64,000 nt of DNA from NCBI GenBank assembly GCA_049325595.1, contig JBMOLF010000001.1:1-64000 (forward strand). Direction: 5' to 3'. How positions within the stretch are numbered: the first letter of the stretch is position 1; every line of letters starts with the position of its first letter. This document shows positions 48,449 through 58,239 of this stretch, piece after piece. The position numbers were made by a program, and so were the translations under genes. The stretch comes from Candidatus Babelota bacterium (GTDB lineage Bacteria; Babelota; Babeliae; Babelales; Vermiphilaceae). Below the pieces are notes generated by a model. It was not told where the DNA came from, did no database searches, and saw only the letters and a list, made by a program, of their open reading frames with translations.

Positions 48449-48490
48449 AACTACTCTTTTTTTAAAATTATTAGTACTACTCTATGATGA

Positions 48491-48518
48491 AATCTATTAA
48501 AAAAGAAAAAATGGTCAA
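48491..48518 (-). promoter_or_regulatory. Putative sigma70 promoter for the 48448 gene
   Basis: TTGACC-16 nt-TAGATT. Confidence 0.45.
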
Positions 48519-48548
48519 AAAAAATTTTATGAAAAAATACAGTAAAAA

Positions 48549-48570
48549 AGGCCACCATGTAAGATGGCCT
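48549..48570 (-). terminator. Possible intrinsic terminator after the 48585 gene
   Basis: AGGCCA...TGGCCT stem followed by a T-run on the minus strand. Confidence 0.5.
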
Positions 48571-48584
48571 CTTGTAAGATAAGA

Positions 48585-50441
48585 TTATAATTTAGAAATA
48601 GTTATTGTTGCACTTGGACGCGTTGTTCCTGATCCATTATTAGCAGTAATTTGGTTATTAGTTGTTGTTCCCGTAAACTGCAAAACTATCTGATCAGAAG
48701 CTACACAATTTACTAAAAATGATTGATGTACCGGCAACAATTGTCCAAGTAATGCGCCTAAAGTAATAGATGTTTGACTTCCCGGAATTTCCGCGCCATT
48801 TAATAATGCCCGAGCTGATATGGTAGAAGCAAGCGCAACAACTGATGTATTATTAGCTAATAAACGATACTCAACTAAATAAGTACCATCAGCAGGACAG
48901 GTAAATGTTGCTGTACCACCGGTGTGAGTCCAACTATTAATTATTTGATTGGTTCCAAAGGTAATGTTTTGAAAACTATTTGCTATTGTCACTGATTGAT
49001 TAGTAGTATCATAAGCAAACACATAATTAGCTGCGGTTGCTATTGGACCTGTATTACCCGTAGTTCCTTGAATACCTTGTGGGCCAGTATTACCTGTTGC
49101 ACCTTGTGCACCTACTGGACCCTGATCACCCGTGTTACCAGTAAATCCTTGTGGGCCAGTATTGCCCGTAGGGCCAGTATTTCCGGTGCAACAGCTGGGT
49201 CTTTGTATGGGACCTGCTATGCCATCAACACCAAATGATTGGTCAAGCGATCCATCTAATAAATAACGTGCTAAGGTAAAATAAATGATCCCATTAAATT
49301 GTGAATAACCAGCAACCACTAATTTAGTATCTGGTTGTTGTACAATAGTCCGCGCACCAGCATTATCACCAATACTCGTAATTACGACACCGGTTGAATT
49401 AAAACTGGTATCAATAGTTCCATTTGTTAAATAACGTGCCGTAGTAAATTTTTCAATACTAGCAAAACTTACCGTACTCCCTGTTGCGGTAATAGCACCA
49501 TCAGCTTGCACTAAAACACCCAAACTAAATGATCCATTTTCTTCGGTGGTTGTTACAATACCACCAGTTCCAAAACCAGTATCAAGTACACCGCTTGAGG
49601 TGTAACGAGCCACCGTTATACTTGTTGTAGTCGACGAAGAATAACCTGAAGCTACAATGCTGCCATCAGATTGAATTGCAATTGATCTGACTATATCTGA
49701 TCCAGTAATGGTAGTTGTTACATAACCATTTCCTGATCCAAAGGTTGCCGTATCTAATGCACCGCTTGTTGTATAACGAGCAATGGTAAAATTAGTACCA
49801 CTTCCATTAACCGATAATCCTCCCACTACAATTTTGCCATCTGATTGTAATGCAATACTATAGGCAGCAGATGATGAATCTATAAGCGTAGTAACAATAC
49901 CGCCCGTACCAAATGTACCATCGAGCGTTCCGGTTGAATCATAGCGTGCAACAACAATATTAGGTGTGCCGCTGATTACCGCAACACCCGCAATCACAAT
50001 ATTACCATCTGGTTGTATGACAACTGCATTAGCTGTTGCACCGTCACCTATTGAGGTAGTAACAATACCACTAGTACCAAAAGTGCCATCAAGCACACCA
50101 CTACTATCATAACGCGCTAATGCTATTTGAACATCCGAAGGTACTCCATATCCTGAAACAACGATATTTCCATCAGATTGTATTGCTACACCCGATGCTT
50201 GCGATGAACTACCAATTAAGGTTGAAACAAATCCTCCTGTTCCAAAGGTTTCATCTAACGATCCATCTGCATTATAGCGAGCAGTTTGAAAGGTTGAAGC
50301 AGAGTTATCAAATCCAGTTGCAACTATTTTGGCGTCACTTTGTAATGCTATTGAATTAATTTGACCATCAACGGCGCCATTAATATGCCACACACATAAA
50401 TTGGTTAATAATAATATTAAGATTTTACTTTTTTTGATCAT
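48585..50441 (-). CDS. Secreted delta-60 propeller + collagen (~16 triplets) + C1q/BclA-like head
   Basis: Seven delta-60 repeats; CC before the stalk; head [13 protein letters not shown]...ATITISKL. Confidence 0.88.
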   Translation of the reverse strand: MIKKSKILILLLTNLCVWHINGAVDGQINSIALQSDAKIVATGFDNSASTFQTARYNADGSLDETFGTGGFVSTLIGSSSQASGVAIQSDGNIVVSGYGVPSDVQIALARYDSSGVLDGTFGTSGIVTTSIGDGATANAVVIQPDGNIVIAGVAVISGTPNIVVARYDSTGTLDGTFGTGGIVTTLIDSSSAAYSIALQSDGKIVVGGLSVNGSGTNFTIARYTTSGALDTATFGSGNGYVTTTITGSDIVRSIAIQSDGSIVASGYSSSTTTSITVARYTSSGVLDTGFGTGGIVTTTEENGSFSLGVLVQADGAITATGSTVSFASIEKFTTARYLTNGTIDTSFNSTGVVITSIGDNAGARTIVQQPDTKLVVAGYSQFNGIIYFTLARYLLDGSLDQSFGVDGIAGPIQRPSCCTGNTGPTGNTGPQGFTGNTGDQGPVGAQGATGNTGPQGIQGTTGNTGPIATAANYVFAYDTTNQSVTIANSFQNITFGTNQIINSWTHTGGTATFTCPADGTYLVEYRLLANNTSVVALASTISARALLNGAEIPGSQTSITLGALLGQLLPVHQSFLVNCVASDQIVLQFTGTTTNNQITANNGSGTTRPSATITISKL

Positions 50442-50572
50442 GTTACTCCTCTAAAAATGAGGTCTTTCTATATAAAAAAATTAATTTCATTGCATATATT
50501 TTGTTAATTCATTAATACCTCCTCTTTTAAAAAAGGCCTCATAATAAAAACAAAAAAAATCAGATTGTTTTT

Positions 50573-51181
50573 TTAGGAATCTATAGGTGTGATAGTTATA
50601 AATGCCGATGGAATCGTTATAGCAGAGACAGTCGCAATATTTGAATTACTTGTTTTAAATTGAATATTTATAATCTGATTTTTTTTAGCGTGCAATATAA
50701 AAGTTTGTCCCATAGGAAAAGTCGTTATATTTGATTGATTAAAAGTTACTTGATATAAACAACGGCTTTCAACTATTTCTTGGCCATCTAAGGCAAGCTG
50801 TGATAGTAATTGTTCAGATATTTTTGAGCTAGATGTAAATCCAATGGTTAAGGAGTATGTCACCAAATAATAGCCCGTCTGAGGAACTTTAAAATTTCCA
50901 TCGGTACGTATCCATCCATTATAAACGCCATCTTTATCAAACAAGATATTTTGAAAAGTATTTGGGACACTAATATTTTGGCTCGTGGTACTATAAGAAT
51001 TTATATAATTTTTAGGATGATTATTATTTTTATGAAACTGTTGACTATTTCTCTTCCAATTATTATATACCACCTTTGTTGTCAGAGAATTATTATCACT
51101 CAGCTGGCACCGTAAAGAGCTACACATAATAGTAGCTAACAAGAAAGGCATTATATAGAACAATCGGTTAGTAGGTTTCAT
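50573..51181 (-). CDS. Secreted stand-alone C1q/BclA-like head domain without collagen
   Basis: Signal peptide; NYINSYSTTSQ..PNTFQNILF..NGW..GYYLVTY...SAFITITP aligns to the heads of 46151 and 48585. Confidence 0.8.
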   Translation of the reverse strand: MKPTNRLFYIMPFLLATIMCSSLRCQLSDNNSLTTKVVYNNWKRNSQQFHKNNNHPKNYINSYSTTSQNISVPNTFQNILFDKDGVYNGWIRTDGNFKVPQTGYYLVTYSLTIGFTSSSKISEQLLSQLALDGQEIVESRCLYQVTFNQSNITTFPMGQTFILHAKKNQIINIQFKTSNSNIATVSAITIPSAFITITPIDS

Positions 51182-51363
51182 ATTTTTCTCCTTGAAAAAA
51201 ATTAAACACTAAGCCGACCTTACTTTATCGATTTACATAAAATCAATATCCTATATTTCTTATTGTACTAATACCCAATTTATAATTGATTATTAGATCC
51301 TATTAAGACAATCTAAGATTTAGTCAATTATCATATGTTATCACTCTATTTGCATAGCACCAA

Positions 51364-52806
51364 TCATGTTACCCGAGTTATAGTAATTGCAGCACTTATT
51401 CCTGTGCCAAGCGAAACATCGGTTATGGACACCAATGAAAATGCTGTTGTACTGTCGGTAGCAAATTGAACACTAAATTGATCACCCGCAGTAGCTAAAT
51501 AAAGAAAACTTTGTGCATTAAGACGCCCATAGTTAATAGCACCAACCGGACGTAAAGTCCCCGCATTAGTATAGCTTCCTGCTATAGGCGAACCATTAAC
51601 AATTACACGAGTAAAAACATTACCCGGAGTATTAGTATTAAAACTAAAATTAAGCACATAACTTATTTTATAAAGTCCTGTTGCTGGACATACAAAAGTT
51701 GTATTGTTATTTGTTTTTGTCCAACCATTTGGTGCAATACTATTAAGCGGAAAAAATATGGTAACCCAGGTAGATTGAGCAACGGTATTTTGACCAGAAA
51801 AAGAATATGAGCTCAAATAATTTGCCGTTGTTGGAGCAGCACCCGTATTGCCCGTCAAACCTTGGGGGCCTATGGCTCCTGTACTTCCCTGCAAACCTTG
51901 TGGACCAGTAATACTCATTCCTGTTGCTCCGGTTGAGCCCTGAGGGCCAACATTACCTGCTTCTCCATTATTTCCGGTAAAACCAGTAGCCCCTATTAGC
52001 CCGGTATTACCAGTAAAACCCGTAAAACCTATTGGTCCTGCATTTGCCTGTGCTCCGATAGCGCCATCAGTTCCCGTAAAGCCTTGAGGCCCTGTATTGC
52101 CGGTGAATCCAGTAAAACCAGTGGCTCCTGTTAAGCCTGTATCACCGGTAGCACCTTGTTGACCAATAATACCAGCAAGTAATTGAAACCCTTGTGCCCC
52201 GATTGCTCCTTGTTGCCCATTATTTCCGGTAAAACCAGTAACACCCGTAGTACCTTGATCACCTTGCATTCCGGTAGCACCAGTCACACCCGTAGCGCCA
52301 GTTGCACCTGGTAAACCATCTGGACCCGTATTGCCAGTAATACCAGTAACGCCCTGAGCACCTAGTGCACCATTATTTCCTGTTAATCCTCTTTCACCTG
52401 GTGCGCCAGTAAATCCTGTAGTACCTGTTACACCTTGTACGCCAGATATTCCCATAGCACCGAAAGTTCCGGTACTTCCTTGTGGACCTATAGCCCCCGT
52501 GTTTCCCGTAGGACCGGTTTGGTTATTTAGTTCTCCAGGCACACCAGTTGGTCCTTGCGGCCCCGTGTTACCTACCACACACTCACAACCTGACTGGTAA
52601 CACGCTTTGGGTATTATTATTCTTCCACATACAACTAAGTCTCCACCAATTTTCATGCACTGCTTAACAATCAAATTGCTATATGTTTTTAAAATTTTTT
52701 TAACAATATTATTAGATATTTCATTTTCAGCTAATGTCGTGTTAATTAATAAAAAATAACCGGCATACACACAAAAATTTAAGCTCTTTGATAACCACAA
52801 TTTCAT
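51364..52806 (-). CDS. Secreted collagen-like protein (~78 triplets, several breaks) lacking the large N-domain
   Basis: Signal peptide followed almost directly by neck YSNLIVKQCMKIGGDLVVCG; head ANYLSSYS...AAITITRVT. Confidence 0.9.
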   Translation of the reverse strand: MKLWLSKSLNFCVYAGYFLLINTTLAENEISNNIVKKILKTYSNLIVKQCMKIGGDLVVCGRIIIPKACYQSGCECVVGNTGPQGPTGVPGELNNQTGPTGNTGAIGPQGSTGTFGAMGISGVQGVTGTTGFTGAPGERGLTGNNGALGAQGVTGITGNTGPDGLPGATGATGVTGATGMQGDQGTTGVTGFTGNNGQQGAIGAQGFQLLAGIIGQQGATGDTGLTGATGFTGFTGNTGPQGFTGTDGAIGAQANAGPIGFTGFTGNTGLIGATGFTGNNGEAGNVGPQGSTGATGMSITGPQGLQGSTGAIGPQGLTGNTGAAPTTANYLSSYSFSGQNTVAQSTWVTIFFPLNSIAPNGWTKTNNNTTFVCPATGLYKISYVLNFSFNTNTPGNVFTRVIVNGSPIAGSYTNAGTLRPVGAINYGRLNAQSFLYLATAGDQFSVQFATDSTTAFSLVSITDVSLGTGISAAITITRVT

Positions 52807-52808
52807 AA

Positions 52809-54611
52809 TTAAGCTACCCTTCTAATGGTATATGAAGCACCAAGAGCTGTACCCAATCCGGCTGCAGTGAGCACACGTATATATACCGAATTGGCATTGG
52901 TTGCACCAAATTGAAGCTGAAAAAAATCATTCACTGCTGCAGAAACAATAAAGGTTTGCGTTAAGAGATTGGTAAGGGTACCAGAATTTGAACCATTCCA
53001 AGAAACAGCTACCACGCTTCCCGGAACGATCGTCGTTCCATTTTGCAATACACGAGAAAATGCTGTTTGACTGGTAGTAGATATCGGTGCACCAACTGTT
53101 ATTGTGTAAGTCATTTCATAAATACCTGCTTGATTACAAATAAAGGTATCTGCAGTTTTTGTCCAACCTGCTGGCACAACCGCATTTAATTCAAATTGAA
53201 CACCTGTGTAAGCATTTTGCGGAGCGGTAGCAGATGTTTGCGAATAAGAACTAACATAATTTGCCGGTTCTAGAGCAGTTCCAGTGGGACCTGTATTACC
53301 AACAGAACCCGTAGCACCGGTGTTACCGGTAGTACCTTGAATCCCTGTGTTACCCGTTGCTCCTTGTGGACCAGTATTTCCCGTTTGTCCCTGTAACCCC
53401 GTTGGCCCGGTAAAGCCGGTAGAACCTCTCTCGCCTTGGGGGCCAGTAGCTCCCGTTGCACCAATATTTCCTTGTGGACCGGTAAAACCGGTAAAACCCG
53501 TTGGCCCGGTAAAGCCAGTAACTCCTTGTTGACCAGTAAAACCAGTTGACCCCTGAGCTCCAGCGGCACCAGCTGCTCCAGCTGGTCCTTGTGGCCCGGT
53601 AAAACCTGTATTGCCCGTAGCTCCCGTAAATCCAGTTGGCCCAGTAAACCCCGTCGCTCCGGTAAAGCCAGTGGCGCCTATCGGCCCGGTATTTCCTTGA
53701 ATACCAGTAAAACCCGTAGCTCCTTGTGCTCCTAATGAACCGGTATTTCCTTGAATACCTTGCAGGCCTTCTGCACCAGTGGCGCCTTGTGCACCTTGCA
53801 AGCCTGTTGGTCCAGTATTACCGGTTGCTCCTGGATCACCTTGAACTCCGGTAGCACCGGCTGGTCCGGTAGCTCCTTGTAGACCAGTAGCACCCTGAAG
53901 TCCGGTTGGTCCGGTGTTTCCGGTATTACCTTGCGGCCCTGGGTTGCCGGTAGTTCCCGTTATGCTAAAACCTGCTGGACCGGTGTTTCCTTGTGGACCA
54001 GTTGCACCGGTGATTCCAATAGCACAATCAGTTTGACTAGGCTGTGCTAATAAATTTTGATTAATAATGCGCCCACACACTATTAAATCACCACAAATTT
54101 TTACCTTATTGCGCACACACAAATTATTTAAAATTTTGAGCGCTTTATAACGGTCTATTACTGAATCATACTTATAATGGTTTTGTAGCCATTTTCCGTT
54201 GTTATCAAATTCGACATATATACATTGTTCGTGATCAGCAATGAATTCAATTTTTATGGTATTATCTATCAAGCAACCTTGGTAATTAAGATCTGTATGT
54301 GGTATTAAGCAAAAGGCAATACCATGTTCACCAAAACTCGAATCGATTATTCTTTGGTTATATTTGATTAACGTAATATGAGCATCAGATTCTCGTTGCT
54401 CTATTCCAATTAATAAATAGGTATCATTATCTATGTTGATAATTTTCCATAGAGTGTTATCTATACTAAAAGGTGTTTTTATATTCTCTTTATCTTCTGT
54501 TTTTATAACGACAAAACCATCACAGTTATCAATCGTAGGAGAAGAAATAACACAATCATTTAGGCCCAATAAAACAAATAATAGTATCTTTTTTAACTTC
54601 ATTACAAACAC
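52809..54611 (-). CDS. Secreted collagen-like protein (~82 triplets)
   Basis: N-domain homologous to 46151; neck [20 protein letters not shown]; head ANYVSSYS...SYTIRRVA. Confidence 0.9.
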   Translation of the reverse strand: MFVMKLKKILLFVLLGLNDCVISSPTIDNCDGFVVIKTEDKENIKTPFSIDNTLWKIINIDNDTYLLIGIEQRESDAHITLIKYNQRIIDSSFGEHGIAFCLIPHTDLNYQGCLIDNTIKIEFIADHEQCIYVEFDNNGKWLQNHYKYDSVIDRYKALKILNNLCVRNKVKICGDLIVCGRIINQNLLAQPSQTDCAIGITGATGPQGNTGPAGFSITGTTGNPGPQGNTGNTGPTGLQGATGLQGATGPAGATGVQGDPGATGNTGPTGLQGAQGATGAEGLQGIQGNTGSLGAQGATGFTGIQGNTGPIGATGFTGATGFTGPTGFTGATGNTGFTGPQGPAGAAGAAGAQGSTGFTGQQGVTGFTGPTGFTGFTGPQGNIGATGATGPQGERGSTGFTGPTGLQGQTGNTGPQGATGNTGIQGTTGNTGATGSVGNTGPTGTALEPANYVSSYSQTSATAPQNAYTGVQFELNAVVPAGWTKTADTFICNQAGIYEMTYTITVGAPISTTSQTAFSRVLQNGTTIVPGSVVAVSWNGSNSGTLTNLLTQTFIVSAAVNDFFQLQFGATNANSVYIRVLTAAGLGTALGASYTIRRVA

Positions 54612-54630
54612 TCATCTCTTTTTTAAAAAA

Positions 54631-55167
54631 TTATCGCTCTATTTGTGTTGCACAGGGCGTTACATTGCATACCGGATCGTTAATTATTTTTCCACATACA
54701 ATTAAATCACCACCAACACGCATACAGCGTCTAATATTTAATTGATCAAACGTACGAGTGATGGGATTTGCATATTCAAAGCAACTGCGGAACGCAATAT
54801 CTATAACTTCTTGAACCCTGAGATTGTCATTATTATCAAATACCAACCCAACAATGCTTGAGCCATTTTTAAAATAGCCAATAAAAAGGTCGTTATTTGG
54901 AAGTAATTCCCATAACAAAAGATCGATAATATATGGTGCTTTAAAACATATTAGATCATTATATTCTTGTACATCACTAATGTTTGGGCGATTTTTTTTA
55001 AACATGAAATAAGAATGATCAGCACCAGGAGCCACAATGCAATACAATGACTGATTGCTTGGCAATGCTATAGTATGCTTAATAACTTCTGTTTGTATAA
55101 AATTAATGAAAAAAGAAAGCATGCATAAGTACACACTTTTTATGAGGCTTTTTTGCTTCATTGCCAT
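54631..55167 (-). CDS. Secreted protein with N-domain and Cys neck but no collagen or head
   Basis: Signal peptide; FDQLNIRRCMRVGGDLIVCGKIIN matches the necks of 51364/52809; stops where the stalk would begin. Confidence 0.75.
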   Translation of the reverse strand: MAMKQKSLIKSVYLCMLSFFINFIQTEVIKHTIALPSNQSLYCIVAPGADHSYFMFKKNRPNISDVQEYNDLICFKAPYIIDLLLWELLPNNDLFIGYFKNGSSIVGLVFDNNDNLRVQEVIDIAFRSCFEYANPITRTFDQLNIRRCMRVGGDLIVCGKIINDPVCNVTPCATQIER

Positions 55168-55327
55168 CCCCTACTTTTTAATATGCTTAATAGGGAACTT
55201 AACACGGGATGCTCAAAAATCAACCCTCAACTGATTTTTTTAGGAATACAAAATCAGCATATCTTATTAAATAATTGAACCGCCATTTTGGTAGAAAAAA
55301 TAAATAGGTTTCTATTTTTTTTAGCAA

Positions 55328-55353
55328 GGGATGATGCTTTTTGCATCACCCCC
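55328..55353 (-). terminator. Hairpin immediately after the 55360 stop
   Basis: GGG.TGATGC-TTTTT-GCATCA.CCC stem. Confidence 0.5.
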
Positions 55354-55359
55354 CATTCA

Positions 55360-56760
55360 TTATGCTACACGTCTAATAAGAAAACTTGTCGCTTTACCAA
55401 CATTAGTAAATGTTGTAGTAGGTACAAATAAGGTCGTAGCTTCGTTCGCATTTGCTTGCACGACTAATGTTGTTCCAACCGTGCAATTTACCAAAAGAGT
55501 ATTTGATTGTAATATACCGAGATTATTAGCACTACCTGCAAAATAATTACCCGTGCTGTATGATGCGGTAGGAGCTGAGCCGTTAACTAAAAGACGAAGT
55601 CCTATACTAATATCATTACCTGCACCGCCAAGGTTAAAATATCCCGAATAGGAAACTTCATAAAGTCCTGCAAGTTGGCAAGTAAAGGTAATATTATCGG
55701 CTGTTGTCCAACCATTATTAGCAATATTAGCTGAAGGATAAGAAAGACTTGTCCAGGTATTAGCTGGTATGTTAATTGTTAGCGCTGCTGTATTATATCT
55801 ATCAATATATCCCTGCGGGGAATCTAATGAACCGGTATTGCCTTGTGGACCTTGAGGGCCAGTATTACCCGTTGATCCTTGTATACCTTGAGGCCCTGTT
55901 GCTCCTGTAGCACCCGGTAATCCCTGTGGACCAGTATTACCCGTTGATCCTTGCAATCCTTGAGCGCCGGTATTTCCTGTAGCACCCATTAATCCTTGTG
56001 GCCCCGTGTTACCTGTTGTACCTATGCCAGTATTCCCTTGTGGACCAGTGTTACCTTGTGGTCCTGTTGCACCTGTTGAACCCAAAACACTTAACCCACT
56101 AGCACTAATTGGTGAACCGTTAATTTCTGTCACAAAAATACTAGTAGCATTAATTGTTTGGGCATTAATAATATTGCTGTTGAGAATATTATTATTAATA
56201 ACATTAATATTAGCAATATCACTGTTAATGCTGGTGGCATTAATAATTTGTGAGTTAATTATTTGCGAATTAAGAGTAATAATATTAGCAGTATTTGCAT
56301 TCAAATTATTTGTGGTAACACTGTCAGCGGTAACTTGGCCACGCACCACAACATCACCACCAACACGTATTGAATTTCTTACACAAAGGGAATCGATAAT
56401 TTTACAACCACGAGTTCCTATATATTGAGCATCTATTACATTTGAACCTGAATTAAGATCGCTTTCATATTCTTCCAGCGCTTTTGCAATCTCATTATAG
56501 GTTTTTTGATCGCACCCCTGCATAGAGCTGAGTAAATCTACGGCGTCTTTTACTGTTTTTTTTGCATTTTCAATGGGCATACATGAATCACATTCAAGAT
56601 TTAACACTTGCTGTTGTAGTTCCGGTGCCATACCATACAATTTTTTTAATGCGTCAACAAGGTAGGGTGTAATAACCGCATAAGGCATTTTGCTGCTTGC
56701 AGAGACATTATTCATTAGCGCTAATAACAATAACAATAAATATTTTTTTGGTCGCTTCAT
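55360..56760 (-). CDS. Secreted collagen-like protein with extended Asn/Ile pentad-repeat neck (~28 triplets)
   Basis: Helical N-domain, [17 protein letters not shown], xxIIN pentads, GXT stalk, head ends SFLIRRVA. Confidence 0.9.
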   Translation of the reverse strand: MKRPKKYLLLLLLALMNNVSASSKMPYAVITPYLVDALKKLYGMAPELQQQVLNLECDSCMPIENAKKTVKDAVDLLSSMQGCDQKTYNEIAKALEEYESDLNSGSNVIDAQYIGTRGCKIIDSLCVRNSIRVGGDVVVRGQVTADSVTTNNLNANTANIITLNSQIINSQIINATSINSDIANINVINNNILNSNIINAQTINATSIFVTEINGSPISASGLSVLGSTGATGPQGNTGPQGNTGIGTTGNTGPQGLMGATGNTGAQGLQGSTGNTGPQGLPGATGATGPQGIQGSTGNTGPQGPQGNTGSLDSPQGYIDRYNTAALTINIPANTWTSLSYPSANIANNGWTTADNITFTCQLAGLYEVSYSGYFNLGGAGNDISIGLRLLVNGSAPTASYSTGNYFAGSANNLGILQSNTLLVNCTVGTTLVVQANANEATTLFVPTTTFTNVGKATSFLIRRVA

Positions 56761-56869
56761 TGTTCTCCCCTTTTAAAAGTAAGCTTTAGGTTAGAATAAA
56801 AAAAAATAATCGCCTCGATCAATGGTTAAAAAACTATTCAACATCAATTAAATGTGCAATTAACCTTAT

Positions 56870-58165
56870 TCAATGAGTAGATGACACTAAATCAAACGGT
56901 AATAGTTTTTTTGCTTTTTCAAATCTATTTAGCAAATCTTGTTTGTCTTGTGCACCCAGATGAATAAGTCCATAGCGATAGCTTTTGCCATCTTGTAATA
57001 CGTCAGACAATAACATTCCTGGTTTTACATCTGCATAAAAACGTGCATCAGGAAATTGTCTAAAAAAATGAGCAATCTGATCTTGGGTAGGAACTTGTAA
57101 AACTTTTTTGTTTTCAAAGGTGCGTAAAACACAACTTGCAGCTATTGCGTGGTTTCCCTTCTTTCTAAAAATAACTGGTTTTTTGCCAAGTGCGATATCA
57201 AGCATCAACTGATAGGTATTAAAACCATCAACTTTTTCGTATAAATCAGCAAACTGGGCTGCCATGCGTGGATTAATTTCAATAATACCTATTTTGTCAG
57301 TTTCGGGATTATACATAAACTCGATATTGAACATACAGTTATCTAAATGCATAGCTTTAACAATTGTTAAAGCTATTTCTCCCATTCGATTTTGTACTGC
57401 TTGTGGCAATGATGAAGGATATTCAAATCGCGCAAAAGATATGGTGCCAGGAAACATAATTGAATCAACAATGCCAACAATCTCGATTTGCCCCTGATAA
57501 CAATACCCCTCAAGCGTTACTTGGACCCCTGAAAGATATTCTTCCACCATAACTGCACAGCTATCAATTTCACTTCCGCCAAATGTTTTTAAAAACCAAT
57601 TAAAATGCGAAAGAAAATGGGATGGTAATAATGCTTGTCTTAACATTTCTTGTAATTGCTGGTAATTCGTAGCTTTATTAGCACCCACTGAATAATAAGA
57701 TTTTACCGGTTTTACAAAAACTGGATACGAAAATCGAGCACCATCAGCAGCTTGAATTGAATCAAGATCGTTAAACAAAGTGAATTTTGGAGTTGCATGT
57801 GGCACATATTTTTCTTGAATTAACCGAGCATTGTATTTGTGCTGGCATTGGAGCAATGCCGCCGGACGAGCTCCAACCAAATTACAATAATGCCCTACAA
57901 TGCTTGCATAGATCGAACCAGGATAATCGTCCGTGCTCACAATACCATTAACATTGTTCGATCTTGCAAGCAATAATAAAGAATCAATTATCTGCGAGGG
58001 ATTTGTTGCAACAAAATCATCCACAACACCATTTGCAAGAATGCGCTCAAATGAATCAACTTTATAATCATGAAACAGAATGTGGTAATTATCTTTGGTT
58101 GATAACTTAGATAACTCAACCCGATCACGAATAGATGGACAAATAACAAAAATGGTATGCTTCAT
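56870..58165 (-). CDS. ATP-grasp domain protein (amino-acid ligase-like)
   Basis: QHK, YPVFVKP, MVEEYLSG, FNIEF, IIEINPRM; start at MKHT after GGGGAG. Confidence 0.85.
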   Translation of the reverse strand: MKHTIFVICPSIRDRVELSKLSTKDNYHILFHDYKVDSFERILANGVVDDFVATNPSQIIDSLLLLARSNNVNGIVSTDDYPGSIYASIVGHYCNLVGARPAALLQCQHKYNARLIQEKYVPHATPKFTLFNDLDSIQAADGARFSYPVFVKPVKSYYSVGANKATNYQQLQEMLRQALLPSHFLSHFNWFLKTFGGSEIDSCAVMVEEYLSGVQVTLEGYCYQGQIEIVGIVDSIMFPGTISFARFEYPSSLPQAVQNRMGEIALTIVKAMHLDNCMFNIEFMYNPETDKIGIIEINPRMAAQFADLYEKVDGFNTYQLMLDIALGKKPVIFRKKGNHAIAASCVLRTFENKKVLQVPTQDQIAHFFRQFPDARFYADVKPGMLLSDVLQDGKSYRYGLIHLGAQDKQDLLNRFEKAKKLLPFDLVSSTH

Positions 58166-58239
58166 CGACTCCCCTATCTTGTTATAGATAGGGTAATCAG
58201 ATTGCATACCAAATTAATAGAGTTCTAAACAGAAGATAA

